This document shows positions 12,772 through 22,584 of a DNA stretch of 64,000 bases, one piece after another. The translations under genes and the position numbers were made by a program. Origin of the DNA: Kofleriaceae bacterium (GTDB taxonomy: Bacteria > Myxococcota_A > Polyangia > Haliangiales > Haliangiaceae); NCBI GenBank assembly GCA_965215005.1, contig CBDCCZ010000017.1, forward strand, positions 1 to 64,000, written 5' to 3'. The notes beneath the pieces are model-generated. The model was not told the origin of the DNA, made no database searches, and was given only the letters and a program-made list of their open reading frames with translations. Each line of letters begins with the position of its first letter. Within the stretch, counting starts at the first letter, position 1.

Positions 12772-14774
12772 CGGGCGACCTCCATAGCCTCTGCGACCGG
12801 CGGCATGCGGCGCGTCATCTCGAGGGAACGCATCGTCCAGGCGCGCCGGGCCACGAAGCGCTCGTGCAAAAGATGCGTGGTGAGCATGGCGCCCACCGCC
12901 AAATCGAGGCGCTTGGCCAGCCCCGAGCCTTCGGGAGCAAGCTGCCAAAGCCGCCGCACCAGCGCAACGAACGCTGGACGAAGAAGACCCGCACGCTTGA
13001 CCGCTGCGCTCGATAGCGTGTCGGCCACCAAGCTCTTGCCGCGCGTGGTGCGCGCAAAGCGCCGCCAGCTTGGCGACAACAGCGGGTGTTTATGGCCGCG
13101 GCGAACCAGCGGCGGCAACAGCTCGGCGAAGGCTTCGTGCAGCAAATACTTCTCGCGCAAGCGGTCGAGGTCGAGAAGGTAATCGGGCGGCAGCCTGCAT
13201 GCGAAGTCGAGCACCTCGCGATCGAGAAACGGCGTGCGGCACTCGATGGAGTTGGCCATCTCCACGCGGTCCCCCAAGCTCGGAATGATGTAGCCGGTCA
13301 ACGCGTGGAAGGCCATTGTCCGCGCCGCGTTCATCGGCTCGAGCGTGCGCAGCACCTCGGGGGCGAACGTGCGCCGCAGCATCGCCGGCGGCGCGCTTTC
13401 GGCAGTCAGCCCGAGTGCGCGCAAGTCGAACATCCAGCGCGCCATCGGCCCGAGCTCGTCTACCCGATATTGCAGGTGACTGGGATAACCATAGGGTTGC
13501 GCGGCGCGTCGCCAGCTATCACGACCGTCCCAAAGAATGCCTTCGGAGCGCGATTCCATGCGCCTAAACTGGCCAAACAGCTCCTCGCCGCGGCGCCGTT
13601 CATCCCCTTCGGTTTGCAATAAGCGCCACAGCGCCTCGAGCTTGAAGTATTGATAGCCAGCGAAGGATTCGTCGGCACCCTCACCGGTGAGACAGACCTT
13701 GGTGCCGCGACTGCGAACGTGGGCGGACAACAGCAGCTTGGCCGCGGAGTTGAGGTTGCCCACGGTTCCTTCGACGTGATCGACTGTGGTTTCCAGAGCT
13801 CCTGCCAGCCGCTCCATCGTGCAGCCGACCACGTCGAGCTCGACGTTGAAGTGTCGCGCGATTTGCGCCGCCGGGGCCGATTCGTCGAGCTCGCTGCCAG
13901 GAAACGCGATGTGATAGGCCGTCGGCCGCGCCCCCTGCTCCACCATCAGCGCCAACACCAACGTCGAGTCGACCCCGGAGCTGAGATAGACGTCGACCGG
14001 CACGTCGGCGGTGAGCCGACGCGCAACGGCTCGCCGCATGCGAACCCGCAGCTCTTGTTTGGCCTCCTCGAACGAGCGCGAGCGGTCAACGCGATCAAGC
14101 GGCGGTTGCCAATAGCGATAGGTTTGGACGGCGCCGTCATCGCCGATGATCAACGCGCTGCCGGGGGGCACCGCAGCGATTCCTTCGAAGGCGCAGGCGG
14201 TCTCGGGGCACACGCCCACGAAGGCGCCGGTCATGTACTCGGGCGAAATTCGCCGCGGCACCCGCGGCAGCGCGAGCAGCGCCTTGAGCTCGGAGCCAAA
14301 CAGAATCTCGGTATTGGTTTGGCGATAGTAGAGCGGCTTGACGCCGACCGGATCGCGCGCGGCGATGAGTCGGCGACGCCTCCCGTCCCATATGACGAAC
14401 GACATCTCGCCGTTGATTCGCTCGAGGAAGTCGAGCTCGTAGGCATTGTAAAGATGCAGCACGACCTCGGTGTCGGAGGTGGTGTAGAAGCGATGCCCAA
14501 GCGCTTCTAGCTCGGCACGCAGCGCTTGATAGTCATAGAGCTCGCCGTTGAAGACGATGGCGGTATCGCGCTCGCGATCGAAGATCGGCTGATCGCCGGT
14601 GGCCAAATCGATGATCGAGAGCCGCACGTGGGCGAGGCCGAGGGTGTTGGCGTCGAGCATCGCATAGCCGGCGTCGTCGGGACCGCGGTGGGCGATGGAG
14701 CCGAGCATGCGCGCGAGATCGGCGGGGTCGACGGGGGCACCGTCAAAGCGGCGAATGACAGCGATTCCACACAT
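12768..14774 (-). CDS. asnB: Asparagine synthase (glutamine-hydrolysing)-family amidotransferase
   Basis: MCGI Ntn N-terminus, HRGPD, RLSIID, FNGELY, LSSGVDS, TGEGADE, ECRTPFLD. Confidence 0.92.
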   Translation of the reverse strand: MCGIAVIRRFDGAPVDPADLARMLGSIAHRGPDDAGYAMLDANTLGLAHVRLSIIDLATGDQPIFDRERDTAIVFNGELYDYQALRAELEALGHRFYTTSDTEVVLHLYNAYELDFLERINGEMSFVIWDGRRRRLIAARDPVGVKPLYYRQTNTEILFGSELKALLALPRVPRRISPEYMTGAFVGVCPETACAFEGIAAVPPGSALIIGDDGAVQTYRYWQPPLDRVDRSRSFEEAKQELRVRMRRAVARRLTADVPVDVYLSSGVDSTLVLALMVEQGARPTAYHIAFPGSELDESAPAAQIARHFNVELDVVGCTMERLAGALETTVDHVEGTVGNLNSAAKLLLSAHVRSRGTKVCLTGEGADESFAGYQYFKLEALWRLLQTEGDERRRGEELFGQFRRMESRSEGILWDGRDSWRRAAQPYGYPSHLQYRVDELGPMARWMFDLRALGLTAESAPPAMLRRTFAPEVLRTLEPMNAARTMAFHALTGYIIPSLGDRVEMANSIECRTPFLDREVLDFACRLPPDYLLDLDRLREKYLLHEAFAELLPPLVRRGHKHPLLSPSWRRFARTTRGKSLVADTLSSAAVKRAGLLRPAFVALVRRLWQLAPEGSGLAKRLDLAVGAMLTTHLLHERFVARRAWTMRSLEMTRRMPPVAEAMEVAR

Positions 14775-15791
14775 TCAGCGAGCTCCTCGCGCAGCGGCTG
14801 CCGCGGGCAATAAAGCCTCCGCGCGCAGCCAATCGTGATAATCCGCCAGCGCATCGGCGAGCGCGGGCGGCTGATAACCGAGCTCACGGCGAGCGAGCTC
14901 ACTGCAAACTACATTGCGATGGATGAGGTACTCGGCGCCCTCTGGTGTCATTGCTGGCTCTCGATTCGTCACCCGCGCCGCGGCGAGCGAGGCCCATGCG
15001 TAGGCGCGGACCAACGCTTCCGGCGTGGGACGACGCGGTGCGCGGCCGCCGGTGAGCTCGGCAATGAGCTCGACCACGTGCTGAAAGCTGGCATCGGGAC
15101 CGCCGAGCAGGTATGAGCGGCTCGGACTCGGATGCGAGGCTGCAGCGACTAGCGCGTCGGCGACAGCACGCGCTCCGCAGAAGGACGTGCGCCCCGGAGC
15201 GACCCCAGGCAGCGCGTTGCGACGCACCTGGCGAAACACCGACAACCAAACCCGCGTGTCGTAGCGACCAATGATCGTCGTTGGATTGGCAATGACGGCA
15301 TCGAGCCCGCGCCGCCGGCCGCTCTCGATCTCGTCCTCCGCGAGCGCTTTGCTGCGCACGTAGCCAATTGCACTGCGATGCCCGAGTCGCGGCGAGCTTT
15401 CAGTGAGTCGCTTATTGTGCAGTCCATAGGCAGCGGCGCTCGACACGAACACCAGACGCGAGACACGTCGCGCCAGGCACGCCGCGACGACATGTCGGGT
15501 ACCAACTGTGTTCACGAGATACTGACGTTGGTGGTGTCGTGGCCAAAAGGTCATATCGGCGGCGACATGAAACACGGCGTCGCAATCTGTCGGCAGGGCG
15601 GCGACGATGCTCGCCGCATCGACGACATCTCCGGCGCGCCGCTCGACATCAAACCGGTCGAGATAGCTCCCTTGGCCGCCACCGCGCTGAAACGCGATAA
15701 CCCGCCAGCGACGAGCGAGCAGCGCTTCGACGAGATTGATGCCGACGAAGCCACTTCCGCCGATGATGAATGCAGTCCTCTTAGCCAGCAT
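14775..15791 (-). CDS. Extended SDR / NAD-dependent epimerase-dehydratase (3-beta-HSD/HpnA-like)
   Basis: GGSGFVG Rossmann motif, YVRSK (YxxxK), FHVAA. Confidence 0.88.
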   Translation of the reverse strand: MLAKRTAFIIGGSGFVGINLVEALLARRWRVIAFQRGGGQGSYLDRFDVERRAGDVVDAASIVAALPTDCDAVFHVAADMTFWPRHHQRQYLVNTVGTRHVVAACLARRVSRLVFVSSAAAYGLHNKRLTESSPRLGHRSAIGYVRSKALAEDEIESGRRRGLDAVIANPTTIIGRYDTRVWLSVFRQVRRNALPGVAPGRTSFCGARAVADALVAAASHPSPSRSYLLGGPDASFQHVVELIAELTGGRAPRRPTPEALVRAYAWASLAAARVTNREPAMTPEGAEYLIHRNVVCSELARRELGYQPPALADALADYHDWLRAEALLPAAAAARGAR

Positions 15792-15813
15792 GAGGTTCCC
15801 CGACTGCACCCGC

Positions 15814-15829
15814 AGCAAGTAGCGCGCCA
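15814..15829 (-). promoter_or_regulatory. Sigma-54 promoter of the SDR-asnB-Rieske arm
   Basis: Minus strand TGGCGCG-CTAC-TTGCT, close to consensus TGGCACG-N4-TTGCW, 23 nt upstream of the ATG. Confidence 0.65.
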
Positions 15830-15951
15830 TGCATTTCGATGCAACGACTGTCATGGAGCCCACACGGCTTACTTGTAGCCAGCAGCGCAAGCGGCCGCTT
15901 AGTCTGATCACCGCGATGCGGGGGGTGACATCGCTCCAGCCAGGACCATCG

Positions 15952-16482
15952 ATGACCGACTTCTCTATCGTGCACGAGTTCGATACCGATGCCGAAACCT
16001 TCTGGCGCGTGTTCTTCGACGAGCATCACGCAGCCGCCTTCTATGGATCCATCGGCGTCGTTCGCACCGAGCTACGCCGAGACGAAGACGATGACAGCTT
16101 GGTCGTCATCGCGCGCTATAGCAGCGAGCGGCAGCTTCCTGGCTTCGTGCGCAAGATTCTCGGCAATCGCGAGCTTGGCTACGTCGAGACGCTCACCTAT
16201 CGCAAGCGCGAGGGCTACGCCGCGCAGCACGTAGAACCGAGCATTGCTGCCGAGCGGACTCGCTTCAGCGGCCGCATTGCGGTCGAGCCGGTGGCGGCGG
16301 GCCGCATTCGCCGCCGCTACGACGGCCGCTTGTCGATTGCCATCCCCCTGGTCGGCGGCCGCATCGAACGCGCCACCATCGACGACATGACTCGCGCCCA
16401 TCAGCGCGCTGCTGAGGTCACCCGCGCCTGGCTGGCGGACGCGGGGCCGGGGTCTCGAGAACCGGCAACGTCGGTTTCCTGA
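15952..16482 (+). CDS. DUF2505/SRPBCC (START-like) ligand-binding protein
   Basis: Size and pattern FSIVHEF...FW..FFD, LPGFVRK, IAIPLVGGRIE. Confidence 0.7.
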   Translation: MTDFSIVHEFDTDAETFWRVFFDEHHAAAFYGSIGVVRTELRRDEDDDSLVVIARYSSERQLPGFVRKILGNRELGYVETLTYRKREGYAAQHVEPSIAAERTRFSGRIAVEPVAAGRIRRRYDGRLSIAIPLVGGRIERATIDDMTRAHQRAAEVTRAWLADAGPGSREPATSVS

Positions 16483-16538
16483 CGGCCCGACGAGCCTCTG
16501 CAGAGGAAGCCAAGTGGCCAGAATTGTGGCCTCGGGCC

Positions 16539-16554
16539 TGGCATATCAATCGCA
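16539..16554 (+). promoter_or_regulatory. Sigma-54 promoter of the large right-hand operon
   Basis: TGGCATA-TCAA-TCGCA (GG-N10-GC) about 40 nt before the GTG at 16596. Confidence 0.5.
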
Positions 16555-16595
16555 AGTGGTCAGAGCGTCTCGCAACGAGATGAAAGGGGTCGACG

Positions 16596-17639
16596 GTGAG
16601 CAGCGTCCGACACACAGCAATCTTCAACAACAGCGACTGTTTCGTGGAGGGGTGGTACTGGGCGCTGTCCTCTGATGAGCTCGGGCTCGAGGAGGTCAAG
16701 GCGGTCAAGCTGCTCGGTCGTGAGTTGGTGGTGTACCGCGGCGCCGATGGCCAGGTAGTCGCCATGGATGCCTACTGCCCGCACATGGGCGCTCATCTCG
16801 CAGAAGGCCGGGTAGATGGCAACGCGTTGCAATGCTTCTTCCACGGCTGGAAGTTCGACGGCAGCGGCAGCTGTGTCGAGGTTCCGCGCCTGGACAAGCC
16901 GCCGCGCGCTTCGGTGCAGACGTGGCCGGCCCGCGAGCACTACGGGATGATATGGATTTGGACGGGTGCCGACGTCAAGCGCGAGCTGCCGTACGTGCCC
17001 GAGCTTCGCGATGACGAGACCGACGTTCTCCTCGGCAACCGCTTCATCAAGAACTGCCATCCCAACGTCGTGCTCATCAACGCCATCGATGAAAATCACT
17101 TCAACACGGTCCACAACCTGCCGGTGGACCTCCACATGCAAACCGACGTCGTGAACGAGAACGTGGTGACGTTCTCCAACACCACCTCGGTTCCCGATAG
17201 CAACGCGTTCACCCGCGCCATCAGCCATCTCTACGCGGGGCCGCTGACCTACAGCATGTGCTACCACTTCGCCAGCACCGGCACCGTCACTGTCGGTCCC
17301 GACCGAATGCACTTCCACATCATGTTCGCGCTGCGCATGCTCGAAGGCGGCATCGCAGAAGGACAGACGATACTCATTACCAAACGACGCGCCGGCGTCG
17401 GCGGGTATGCGTTCAATCGCGCCGCCTTGGCCGCGACCAAAGTCGTGGGCGACTACTTTGCCAAAGGCGATACGCAGGTCTTTCAGACCATGAAGTTCGA
17501 CTTTGCGACGCCCACCAAAGCCGACCACGCGATCATCGACTTCGTTCAGCATACCGAGCAGCAACACGCCTTGACGTGGGGCCGTTGGGAGCCGGTAGAG
17601 AGCGCCAAGAAGCACCTGGAGGTGGTCGGTGGGCACTAA
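16596..17639 (+). CDS. Rieske non-heme iron oxygenase (2 of 4)
   Basis: CPH...CFFH; DENHFNTVH. Confidence 0.9.
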   Translation: MSSVRHTAIFNNSDCFVEGWYWALSSDELGLEEVKAVKLLGRELVVYRGADGQVVAMDAYCPHMGAHLAEGRVDGNALQCFFHGWKFDGSGSCVEVPRLDKPPRASVQTWPAREHYGMIWIWTGADVKRELPYVPELRDDETDVLLGNRFIKNCHPNVVLINAIDENHFNTVHNLPVDLHMQTDVVNENVVTFSNTTSVPDSNAFTRAISHLYAGPLTYSMCYHFASTGTVTVGPDRMHFHIMFALRMLEGGIAEGQTILITKRRAGVGGYAFNRAALAATKVVGDYFAKGDTQVFQTMKFDFATPTKADHAIIDFVQHTEQQHALTWGRWEPVESAKKHLEVVGGH

Positions 17640-17640
17640 G

Positions 17641-18396
17641 ATGACAGGGCGGGTGGTGCCGATTGCACGCGTGAGCGAGACGCAACGCCGGCAGATGTAC
17701 GCGGTGTTCGAGCGCTACTACGAAGCGGTCGACTTCGAGACCTTTGAGAGGGATTTAGCCAGCAAAGACTACGTCATCCTGCTGTTCGATGGCGGCGGCA
17801 CCATTGGCGGCTTCTCCACCATGAAGCACCTCGAGCTGCACCGCGATGGCAAGCTTCATCGCGGCTTGTTCTCCGGTGACACGGTCGTCGCGGAAGAGTT
17901 TTGGGGCCAGCGAGTTCTCGGCCGGCTGTTCTTGCGCCATCTGTTGCTACAGAAGCTCAAGCGGCCGCTGGAGCCTTATTGGTGGTTCTTGATCTCCAAG
18001 GGCTACAAGACCTATCTCCTCATGGCGAACAACTTCGCTGAGCACTATCCGCGCTTCGAAGGGCAGACCTCGGCCGAGGCCCAGGCGCTGCTCGACGGCT
18101 TTGCCGCGACGCTCTATCCCAATGACTATCGCCGCGAGCGCGGCACCATCGAGTTCGATCAGTCGCATGGACAGCTCAAGCGCGGCATTGCCGGCATCAC
18201 CAGCGAAATGCTCGGAAATCCGCGCATCCAATTCTTTCAGGAGCGCAATCCCGGCTGGAGCCAGGGACATGAGCTGGCGTGCATCGCTCGCATGACGTTA
18301 GCCATGCCCGCCTATTACGCTGCCAAGGCAGTGATCAAAAAGTGGGGACGTCTCGGGCATCGGTTGGCGCCGCTACCGCCGGTGGCGCGTGATTGA
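17641..18396 (+). CDS. GNAT-like hypothetical protein of the type found beside GH3 genes
   Basis: FERDLASKD, FSGDTVVAEEFWG, FLISKGYKTY; fold call is inference. Confidence 0.6.
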   Translation: MTGRVVPIARVSETQRRQMYAVFERYYEAVDFETFERDLASKDYVILLFDGGGTIGGFSTMKHLELHRDGKLHRGLFSGDTVVAEEFWGQRVLGRLFLRHLLLQKLKRPLEPYWWFLISKGYKTYLLMANNFAEHYPRFEGQTSAEAQALLDGFAATLYPNDYRRERGTIEFDQSHGQLKRGIAGITSEMLGNPRIQFFQERNPGWSQGHELACIARMTLAMPAYYAAKAVIKKWGRLGHRLAPLPPVARD

Positions 18397-19334
18397 AGCG
18401 GACGTGCAAGACGTGAGCTCCGCAATCGCGATCCGCGCCGGCATGACCATGGAAGCGGTGGATGCCGAGGATCCTCTAGCCAAACTGGTCGGCGCGATCA
18501 TCCGCAAACGGCGCGGTCAGCCGCAAGCCAGCACCCGCGGCGGCCACGGTCATTGGACCGCGGACTTCTTTGGGCTGCAGCGGGTGAGCGGCTTCATGGA
18601 AAGCACCGAAGCCGTGCAGGCGGCGGTGCTCGAGCGCTGCGGTCGCGGCCTTCTCGAAGAAGCGTTGTTCATCGAGAAATCGGGCGTGGCGTTCGCCGCG
18701 AAGATGATCCTCTTGGCGCAAAGCACCGACGAGCGCAAGCTCTACGCGATGTTTGCTGCCGACGAGGCCGCCCACCTAGACGGCATCAGTCGCTTCTGCA
18801 CGGCTGACGCCAGCGCTGCTAGCGATAATCCGTTCTTGGTGCTTTTGTCCGAGCTCATCGAAGGAGCCGACCGCTCGACGCTGCAGCTGATCGTTCAGGT
18901 CGTGCTCGAGGGTTGGGGGCTCAGCCATTATCGCGCCCTGCGTGATGGCTGCACCCATGCGCCGCTGCGCGAGGTATTGGCGAGCATCCTCGCCGACGAA
19001 GCCGCGCATCACGCCAGCGGCGTCATCCTCCTCGACGGGCGGGCGCTCGAGGGCGATGCCGAGGCGCAGATCTACGCGGCCATGGCGCGCTTTCCTGTCG
19101 CTGGTCCAGTGCGGTCCCCAGGGCGTGCTCGGCGCGCTCGAGGCCGAGCTCGGTCCGCAGAGCAAGGATTCCCGAGCGCGCATTCTCGAAGAGCTCGACG
19201 CGCAAGCGCACAGCGCTGCGCGCTTAGGGCATTTGCGAGGCCTTCTCCACAAAACCGCCGGCGCTCAACACATCACCGAGCGACTCGAAGCCAGCGGTTA
19301 CTTCCGTCCCCATGCAACATCGGAGCTGGTATGA
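18389..19334 (+). CDS. Ferritin-like diiron-carboxylate protein (frameshift at 19091-19093)
   Basis: FIEKSG, DEAAHL, VVLEGWG, DEAAHH; removing one T from TTT joins the C-terminus ending in an ATGA overlap with the next gene. Confidence 0.8.
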
Positions 19335-20510
19335 CGTCGCCATTCTCGTGCGCGCCGACCATCGTCGACGACAAGAAGACCTACGCGCGCCTACAGATCA
19401 ACCACAAGCGCAACAAGCAACAAGATCACACTGCACTGCTAGACGAAGCCGCGGCAGCGTTCAATTACCAGCAGTGCAAAGACGAGTTCTGGAATCCCGA
19501 GTCTCACTCACTGTGCCATGGCACGCCCATCTGGGAGCAAGCGAGCGCGACGCAGCGCGTGCTCCTCAATCAGCTCTACTGGGTGGCTTACTACTCGCAG
19601 ATCATCTCTGCCGAAATCGCGACGATCTTCTTCAATCAGACGAGCGCCGCGGGCCTCTACGCTCTGGAGGACTTTCGGCTGATCTGCGACACGCTGGATC
19701 TCGAATCGGCGCAAGAGCGAGCCCATATCGCCGCATTCAAGAAGATCTCCGACGCAGTCGAGCACGCACTCTTTGGCGAGCGGGTGTTTTCGTGGTCCAT
19801 GCGAGGCCCCTACGAGGAGACCATGGTGCACTCCGACGCGGGGCCATTTCGCCGGCGCTGGAAGCAGCTCCAGCTGCGCACCTACGGGATGCTGTCGTCC
19901 GGCAATGCCTTCATCGCGTGCCAGTACTTCACGATTCGCGCCCTGCGAACGCTCAATGGCAAGATCGTTCAGCATCAGCTAGCGCAGTACTACGCCAATC
20001 ATGCGGATCAGGCCAACGCGCCCGTTCCTTCCGCTATTAGTCATTATCATTTCCAGGACGAGTCGTATCACTTCAACAGCTCGATGCTGATAGCCCAAGA
20101 CGTGCTTCGTTCACTCGCGCCCGCCGACCCAGTTCGAGCGTCTCGTGGCGAATCTGGCGCTACGCGGCTGCCAACGCGATCATTCCCACTTCAGTGTCGC
20201 GATCAATGGCATCTTCTGGTTCGATCCGTCGCTGTTTCAATCCGTGTATCGGGTGCTTCGCTCGCACCACTTCGGGCTTGATCATCGCGGTGCGCTGGCG
20301 CTGATGGAACAGTCGTTTTGTCGCGAAACCGACGGGATGCACGCGAGCTATCGCACCCAGCAAACTGCCTGCGAGTCGTACAAGAAGTTTCTCACCGGCA
20401 TGGAGTACGTCTCCGCAGACAACCTCGAGATGTCGCTCATGTCGCAGAGCTCTGTCGCCACGCATCTGGCCACCAACCGTGCCGCCATGAAGCGGTTCGC
20501 GGAGGCTTAA
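19331..20510 (+). CDS. CylC/AurF-like dimetal-carboxylate enzyme, putative halogenase or oxygenase (frameshift at 20120-20122)
   Basis: GTPIWEQASATQRVLLNQLYW, SAEIAT, LDLESAQERAH, HFQDESYH; removing one C restores ...PPTQFERLVANLALRGCQRDH... through to the stop at 20510. Confidence 0.75.
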
Positions 20511-20512
20511 TC

Positions 20513-20803
20513 ATGGCGGTCACGGTCAGCTTTTTCGCGAGCGAGTATCCCGCCGTCGAGCTCGACCACGGCGACAACCTCGCCGAGCACCTCGACGTGG
20601 GCAACTCGCCGCTGCTATTTGGCTGCCGCACCGGCATCTGCGGCACCTGTCTGGTGCGCGTCGAAGGAACGCTGCCGCCGCCGAGCGATGACGAGCGCGA
20701 GCTCCTCGAGGTGCTGGCGCCCGAGGATCCGCAGGCGCGTCTGGCTTGCCAGATCGAGCTCGTCGGCGATATTCGGGTGGGACCTCACCCAGAGGGAGGG
20801 TGA
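20513..20803 (+). CDS. 2Fe-2S ferredoxin
   Basis: FGCRTGICGTC...RLACQ. Confidence 0.92.
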   Translation: MAVTVSFFASEYPAVELDHGDNLAEHLDVGNSPLLFGCRTGICGTCLVRVEGTLPPPSDDERELLEVLAPEDPQARLACQIELVGDIRVGPHPEGG

Positions 20804-21847
20804 GCTTGCTCAGCTACCGATCGTTTTGGTACGTGGTTGCGCAGAGCGCTGAGCTCGGGCCGAAAACCGTTTTGCGCCGCAAAGTGCTCGGCGAATGGAT
20901 GGCGGTGTTTCGCGGCGACGGAGGTCATCCTGCCGCGCTGCGCGACCGCTGCATGCACCGCAACGCACCGCTATCGAAGGGCATGGTCAACGATGGATTG
21001 CTGCAGTGCCCCTACCACGGTTGGGTTTATGACGGCGCCGGCACGGTGGTGGCGGTTCCAGCAGAGGGTGAGAAGTTCAAAGCCAGCAAGCGTCGCTGCG
21101 CGGTGAGCTATCCGGTGATCGAGCGCGATGGCTTCGTCTACGCGCGACTCGACAAGGATGCTCCAGAGGACATCCAGCCGTACTCGATGCCGCATTGGGG
21201 CGAGCGCGGCTGGAAGCACGTCCGCCTCGTCAACCGCTTCCGTAACAACGTCACCAACTGCGCCGAGAACTTCATCGACGTTCCCCACACCGTCTACGTG
21301 CACGATAAGATTTTTCGCGTGCAGCGCTCGCAAAAGGTCGACGCCACGATTCGCCGCACCAATGGCTCCGTGCAGGTCGAGTATCACGGCGAAACCTCCA
21401 ACCTCGGGTGGTTCTCGTGGTTCCTCAACCCAAAGGGCAGCCCCATCGAGCATCGCGACAACTTCTACATGCCCAACGTGACCGAGGTTGAATACACGTT
21501 CTCGGAGAACCGTCGCCTGTACATCATCTCGCAAACGGTGCCCGAGGAAGATCACGAGTGCGTGGTCTACACCAGCCTCACCTATGACTTTGGGCCATTC
21601 TCGCAGTGGCCGCTCAGCGAGATCGCAGGCCGCATTCTTGGCTGGCAAGGACAGAAGGTCATCGATCAAGACATCGACGCGCTCCACGATCAAATGGACG
21701 TCATCGGCAAGTACGGCGAAGCGTTCAACAACACCGCCGCCGATGCGATTCACGTGCTCGTCGAGTCGATTCGCGACGAGCTACTCGCTGGCCGCGATCC
21801 GCGGGCTCTGCCGGAGAAATCCCGCCAACATCAGTTTCTGGGTGTAA
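20800..21847 (+). CDS. Rieske non-heme iron oxygenase (3 of 4; frameshift at 21821-21823)
   Basis: CMH...CPYH; ENFIDVPHTVYVH; removing one C gives the C-terminus KSANISFWV* with a TAATG overlap. Confidence 0.85.
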
Positions 21848-22584
21848 TGCTCGAGCTCGGCGCATTCTGGCTGCTCGTCGTGATCGGCGCGCGACGTAGC
21901 GATGGGCTACGAGCTTACAAGAACAAGCCGCTCGCGGACTGGATGCTCGACGGCATCGGCTTGGCCGTACAAGGCGCGCTGATTCCGTTTCTGCAGATAG
22001 CGTTCGTCGTAGCAGGACTGCAGCTCGTGGCGCCGGCGCTCGCGGGCAGCGTTCATTTGCCTGGCGATGACCTCATCGTGGGATTTCTGCTCAACGTGAT
22101 CGCCATCGACTACTTGTACTATTGGAACCATCGGCTCCTGCACAGCCGCCGACTCTGGCCGGTGCATCTAGTCCATCACACCCTCACCGAGATGGACGTG
22201 GTGGGAACCTCCCGCAACACCGTCTGGACCAGCTTCTTCATCCTGTATCTATGGGTGAACGGCGTGATCATCTTCTTGTTGGCTGAGCCCGCGGGCTTCA
22301 TCGCTGGCGCTGCGGTGACCGCTGCTCTCGATCTCTGGCGCCATTCGTCGGTCGAGCCGCGGCGCGGGGGTCGGCTCGAGCGCGTGCTCGGCACGGTGTT
22401 GGTCTTGCCGCGCGACCACGCCTGGCACCACGCCGACTCCGATGAACACGGAAACTTCGGCGCCAACTTCCGGCTCTGGGATCTATTGCATGGAACCTAT
22501 CTCGGCCGTCGACCACCGCCCCCGCGCCTGGGCTGCCAATCTTCGCTGTCGTTGCCACAAAAGCTGCTCTGGCCCCTCTCATGA
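21847..22584 (+). CDS. Sterol desaturase / fatty acid hydroxylase family membrane diiron enzyme
   Basis: His boxes HRLLH, HLVHH, HAWHH; NFGANFRLWD; TM segments. Confidence 0.9.
   Translation: MLELGAFWLLVVIGARRSDGLRAYKNKPLADWMLDGIGLAVQGALIPFLQIAFVVAGLQLVAPALAGSVHLPGDDLIVGFLLNVIAIDYLYYWNHRLLHSRRLWPVHLVHHTLTEMDVVGTSRNTVWTSFFILYLWVNGVIIFLLAEPAGFIAGAAVTAALDLWRHSSVEPRRGGRLERVLGTVLVLPRDHAWHHADSDEHGNFGANFRLWDLLHGTYLGRRPPPPRLGCQSSLSLPQKLLWPLS

Noticed and set aside
18389..20281. 630-aa 'double diiron' fusion in the ORF track
   Set aside because: Produced by two +1 indels; correction gives two genes with an ATGA overlap
20746..22584. Apparent Rieske-sterol desaturase fusion (612 aa)
   Set aside because: One extra C at 21821-23 bypasses a TAATG stop/start junction; most likely two genes
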